64,000 nucleotides of DNA, taken from the NCBI RefSeq assembly GCF_964194155.1, contig NC_135901.1, positions 21,266,001-21,330,000 on the forward strand. The letters are read 5' to 3'. Source of the stretch: Cetorhinus maximus. Its lineage: Eukaryota. The translations under genes were made by a program, and so were the position numbers. Below, one piece after another: positions 59,581-64,000 of the stretch; positions within the stretch are counted from its first letter, which is position 1, and each line of letters opens with the position of its first letter. The notes under the pieces are model-generated. The model saw only the letters and a list, made by a program, of their open reading frames with translations. It was not told the DNA's origin and ran no database searches.

Positions 59581-61745
59581 AAGGGTAAGAATAATTAACT
59601 GGGGGAAAGCCAACTTTAATGAGGTAAGAATGGATCTGACTGAGGTAAGTTGGAATTTCAAAGGGAATGGAGTTTAAAAATAGGGAAGCCTTGCTAAAAC
59701 TATACAAGGCACTAGTTGGACCACACCTAGAATACTGTGAACAGTTTTGGTCCCCTTCTCTCAGCAAAGATATGCTGGCATTGGAGGCAGTCCAGAGAAG
59801 GTTCTTGAGGTTGATCTCGGGTCTGGAGGGATTTTCTTATGAGGAGAGGTTGAGTAGGCTGGGCCTGTACACATTGGAGTTTAGAAGTGTGAGAGGCGAC
59901 CTTTTTGAAATATATAAGATTCTTCGGGGTCTTGACAAGGTAGATGCTGAGTGTGAGAGTCTAGGACCAGGGGGCATAATCTCAGAGTAAAGGGTCGCCC
60001 ATTTAAGACAGGGATGAGGAAGAATTTCTTCTCTCATAGGGTAGTGAATCTGTGGAATTCTTTCCCGAAGAGGGCTGTAGAGGTTTGGTCGTTAAGTATA
60101 TTCAAGGCTGAGATAGACAGATTTTTAACCTTTAAGGGAATCAAGGGTTATGCAGGAAAGTGGAGTTGAGGATTATCAGATCAGCCATGACCTCATTGAA
60201 TGGCGTACTTCTGCTCCTACATCTTATGGTCTTATGAATCAAAGGTTGGCAGGTGAAACTGTAACTGAGCAATGGTCTGCCTTTAAAGAAGAGAGAGTTC
60301 TGACACAGTAAAGATATATTCCCATGAAGGGGAAAAGTAGGGTAAACAAATCCACAGCCCCCTCGATGAGAAAAGAGATAGAGATTGAGATAAAGGAAAA
60401 ATAGTGTGCTTATGACACACGTCAGCTGGATAATAAAACCAAGAACCAGGATGAAGAGAGAAGGTTCAGAGGGATTTTGAAAACCAAATAAGAAAAGCAA
60501 AGAGAGCATGAAAAGAGACTGAAAGCAAACATGGAAATCAATCAAGAAGTCTTCTATGGGCATGTAAATAGTAAAAGGGTGGTAAAAGGAGGAGTGGAGG
60601 CAATTAGGGACCAAAGAGGTGATTTATGCATGGAGACAGGGGGCATGGATGAGGTATTAAATGAATATTTTGCATCTGCCTTTACCTGCTGCATAGGTGA
60701 TTGTGAAAGAGGGGATAGTTTAGAACCTTGTGGGGTTTAAAATTGATAAGGAGGAGATATTAGATAGTCTGTCTGACAAAGTTGACAAAACCCCGGGACT
60801 GGATGAGATGCATCCAAGGAAACTGAGGGGAAATGAGAGTGGAAATTATGGAAGCGCTGGCCATAATTTTCCAGTCTTCCTGAGATTCAGAGTTGCTGAC
60901 ACAGGGACTGGAGAATTGCAAATGTTACACCTTTGTTCAAAAAAGGTGTAAAGATAAGCCCAACAACTACAGACCAGTCAGTTTAATCTCGGTGCTGGGG
61001 AAGCTTCCAGAAATGGTCATTCAGGACAAATTTAATAGTCACTTGAGAAAATGTGGGTTAATTAAGGAAAGCCAGCAGTTATTTGTTGAGGGAAAATCAC
61101 ATTTAACTAAGTTGCTTTAGGTTTTTGATGAGGTAACAGAAAGTGTTGTTCAGGGTAATGCTGTTAATGTTGTGTTACATGGACTTCCAAATGGCATTAG
61201 ATAAAGTACCATGCAACAAACTTGTGAGCAAAGATTATAGCTCATGGGATAAAAGGGACAGCAGCAACATGGATTCGAAATTGGCTGAGTGACAGGAAAG
61301 AGAGTCATGGTTAATGGATGTTTTTCAGACTGGAGGAAGGTTAAGAGCGGAGTTTCCCAGGAGTCAGTGTTCGGACCCGCGCTGTTCCTGATACATATAA
61401 ATAACCCAGACCTCAGTGTTCAGGCACAATTTTGAAATTTTTGGACAGAGTCTTGAGTGGACGTAGACCACGTAGCAGGTTCCCTTCCCTGAAACGAGGA
61501 AAAGTTTCTCCACTCGGAGGGTGATCAACCTGTGGAATTCTCTACCACAGAAGCCTGTGGAGGCCAGGTCACTGAGTATAGCCAAGGAAGAAATTGATCA
61601 TTTTTTGGTTATTAGGGGCATCAGGGGGTATAGAGAGAAAGCAGGAATATGGCGTTGAGATAGAGGAACAGCCATGATCATATTGAATGGTGGAGCAGGC
61701 TCAAAGGGCTGAATGGCCTACTCCTGCTCCTAGTTTCGATGTTTC
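59581..61745 (+). mobile_element. Nested CR1 LINE fragments
   Basis: 'LYKALVGPHLEYCEQFWSP', 'VLNEYFASAFT', 'NYRPVSLISVLGKL' and two CR1 3' UTRs. Confidence 0.85.
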
Positions 61746-62031
61746 TGAAGGACATTAGTGAACCAGTTGGGTTTTTCGACAATCCAGCAGTTTTCATGGT
61801 CACTTTCTCCTTGTGCCAGCCCCATAAATGACCAGATTCATTCAGCTCAGTTTCACAACCTGCCTTTGTGTTTTTGTAGGTTCTCTGTCACTCACTTTTT
61901 CTGTTTTAAATCAATTTCACAGGGTATTAGAAGGAGAGGATTTGCAGTCGGGAAACTCAAACCAAACATCACATCAGAATCTGACCGAGTCGCCCAATTT
62001 ATCATAACCTGAATGTCATTGAATTTTGAAC

Positions 62032-62985
62032 ATGGAAGGAAAAAGCACCATTCACAGTGGGGAGAAACCGTACACGTGTTCTGTGTGTGGACGAGGCTTC
62101 AGCCAATCATCTGACCTGTCAGAACATAAATGCCGTCACAAGAGGATGAAACCATGGAAATGTGGGGATTGTGGGAAGGGATTCAAATCCCCGTCTGACC
62201 TGGAAAGTCATTGGCGCACTCACACTGGGGAGAAACCGTTCACCTGCTCCGAGTGTGGGAAGGGATTCATTCAGTCATCCAACCTGCGGACACACCAGCG
62301 AGTTCACACTGAGGACAGACCTTTTAAATGTCCGGACTGCGGGAAGTGCTATAAAGGTTCCATGGAACTGATGCGCCATCAACGTGTTCACACTGACGAG
62401 AGACCATTCAGGTGCTCTCACTGCGGGACTGGGTTCAAGTGGTTGTCTCAACTCACTGCGCACAAGCACAGTCACACTGGGGAGAGGCCGTTCACCTGCT
62501 CTGTGTGTGGGAAGGGATTCACTCAGTCATCCAAACTGCTGAGGCACCAGCATGGGCACAGTGATGAGAGGCCATTCACCTGCTCCATGTATGGGAAGGG
62601 ATTCACTCAGTAATCCCATCTGCTGACACACCAACGAGTTCACACAGACGAGAGACCTTTAAAACGCCCAGACTGTGGGAAGTGTTTTAAAAGCTCCCAG
62701 GACCTGATGTCCCATCAAAGTGTTCACACTGGGGAGAGGCCGTTCAGGTGCTCTCACTGCGGGACTGGGTTGAAGCGACCATCTCAACTCATTGTACACC
62801 AGCGAATCCACATTGGGGAGTGGCTGTTCACCTGCCCTGAGTGTGGGAAGGGTTTTACCCAGTCATCCAACCTGCTGACACACCAGCGAGTTCACACTGG
62901 GGAGAGACCATTTCCTTGCTCTGAATGTAGGAAGGGGTTTGCTTATTTATCCACACTGCAGAGACACCAGCAAGTTCACAAGTAA
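62032..62985 (+). pseudogene. C2H2 zinc-finger unit J, 11 repeats, one in-frame TAA at 62611-62613 (truncated 6-finger protein or pseudogene)
   Basis: ORFs 62026..62613 and 62707..62985 are in the same frame; acceptor AG at 61921-61922; ATG at 62032. Confidence 0.8.
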
Positions 62986-63184
62986 CAACAATGGTTGGAT
63001 TTTGCTGTTAATCACATCCAGGACTGAATTATGTGTATTGGGGTCTGTTTCTGATGATGTTAATAAACTCCAGCCCAGTTATTCGGGCTGATATTGTAGT
63101 TATTAGCTTTGTGTTAAACACACAGCGTCTTGAGTCTTTTCAATATTTCTAACCCAAGTTAGTTCCTTCTGACGTGCTCTCGCT

Positions 63185-63300
63185 CACCCCTGTTCCCTCC
63201 ATCCTCACCTCCAACAACAAGTGTGAGGAGCTCATGGAACTTCTTAGTTACTAAGATTGAGACAATCCTATCAGCTGCCTCTGCTGCTTCCCTCCCTCAT
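63185..63300 (+). mobile_element. L2 fragment abutting the ZNF 3' UTR
   Basis: Same junction as at 16835, 33200 and 35930. Confidence 0.65.
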
Positions 63301-64000
63301 TGGCAGCGGCTGTGATTATTTAAATTAGATTTTTACATAATCACTCAGTAAGTGATCAGGTGTCACTGAACTTTGGTAGAAAATTGTTCCATTATCATCC
63401 TCACAGTGACCGTACCTTGCAGACCAAGTGATTCTATCTACACCAGCCATTCTGGAGAAGATCACCAAAGAGTGAAGACATTACAGTCCACAACCCAGCT
63501 CATAGTGGTGCACACATCTGATAAATCCAATTAAAATGCAGAGTATATAGGCCTGCTACAGGTTTATTTATAGGCAGTGATTATCAATCATAAGAAACAG
63601 GAACTAGAGTTCCAGGGTCCCCGGTTTGAAACCAGGCAGAAACATCAAAACATATTTAAGTGTGAGCAATAATTCATCTTTATTGTTAAATATTAACTGT
63701 ATATAATACCTTACAGCCATGTGACATTAGCTCTTCCCCTCTACAGTCTGTACACACTGAAACTAGACAGAATCTTCCACTTGTTCCCATTTCCAGTCCT
63801 GATGGTTCAGAAAGCTTCCCTCAAATCTGCATTTTCCAGCTGATTTGTGTAAGATTATTGAAGGCTCCTGCAGCATGATCTCCATCACGAACAGTCGGTC
63901 AAAGCTACATTTCAGACAGGGCAACAAACCCATCAACGATTCTGTCTTCCCTGCTCCATCGTGACTGAGACAGGGAAAAGCAGTAGGATTTTGCCCCACC

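Noticed and set aside
62611-62613. Programmed stop readthrough or selenocysteine in unit J
   Set aside because: The stop is TAA, and the same finger (C>Y) and the next finger (C>R) are also damaged, consistent with decay.
63763-63999. 78-aa minus-strand ORF at the window edge
   Set aside because: No recognisable motif and truncated by the window; cannot be supported.

Overview
Eukaryotic, repeat-rich vertebrate DNA, almost certainly a shark or ray: it contains HE1-type SINEs with their HER1-type partner LINE, plus CR1, L2, RTE and Penelope-like elements. The window is a tandem C2H2 zinc-finger gene cluster with about 10 units in both orientations. Five look intact or nearly so, two are truncated, and the rest are pseudogenes or remnants. 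The units share one cassette design: a CpG-island promoter with YY1-like, ZNF143/Staf-like and NRF1-like motifs; repeated ~110-bp splice-acceptor units; one coding exon made only of fingers, with no recognisable KRAB/SCAN/BTB domain; and a conserved 3' UTR. The most striking signal is a family of Penelope-like (RT + GIY-YIG) insertions carrying minimal hammerhead ribozymes. Six form tail-out inverted repeats, five of them with ~12-15 bp target-site duplications, and each has a fixed tailed/untailed arm asymmetry. The two largest sit at the same position in paralogous ZNF promoters. An ERV pol remnant, two probable solo LTRs and an old inverted duplication are also present. All coordinates were read by eye and repeat boundaries are approximate.
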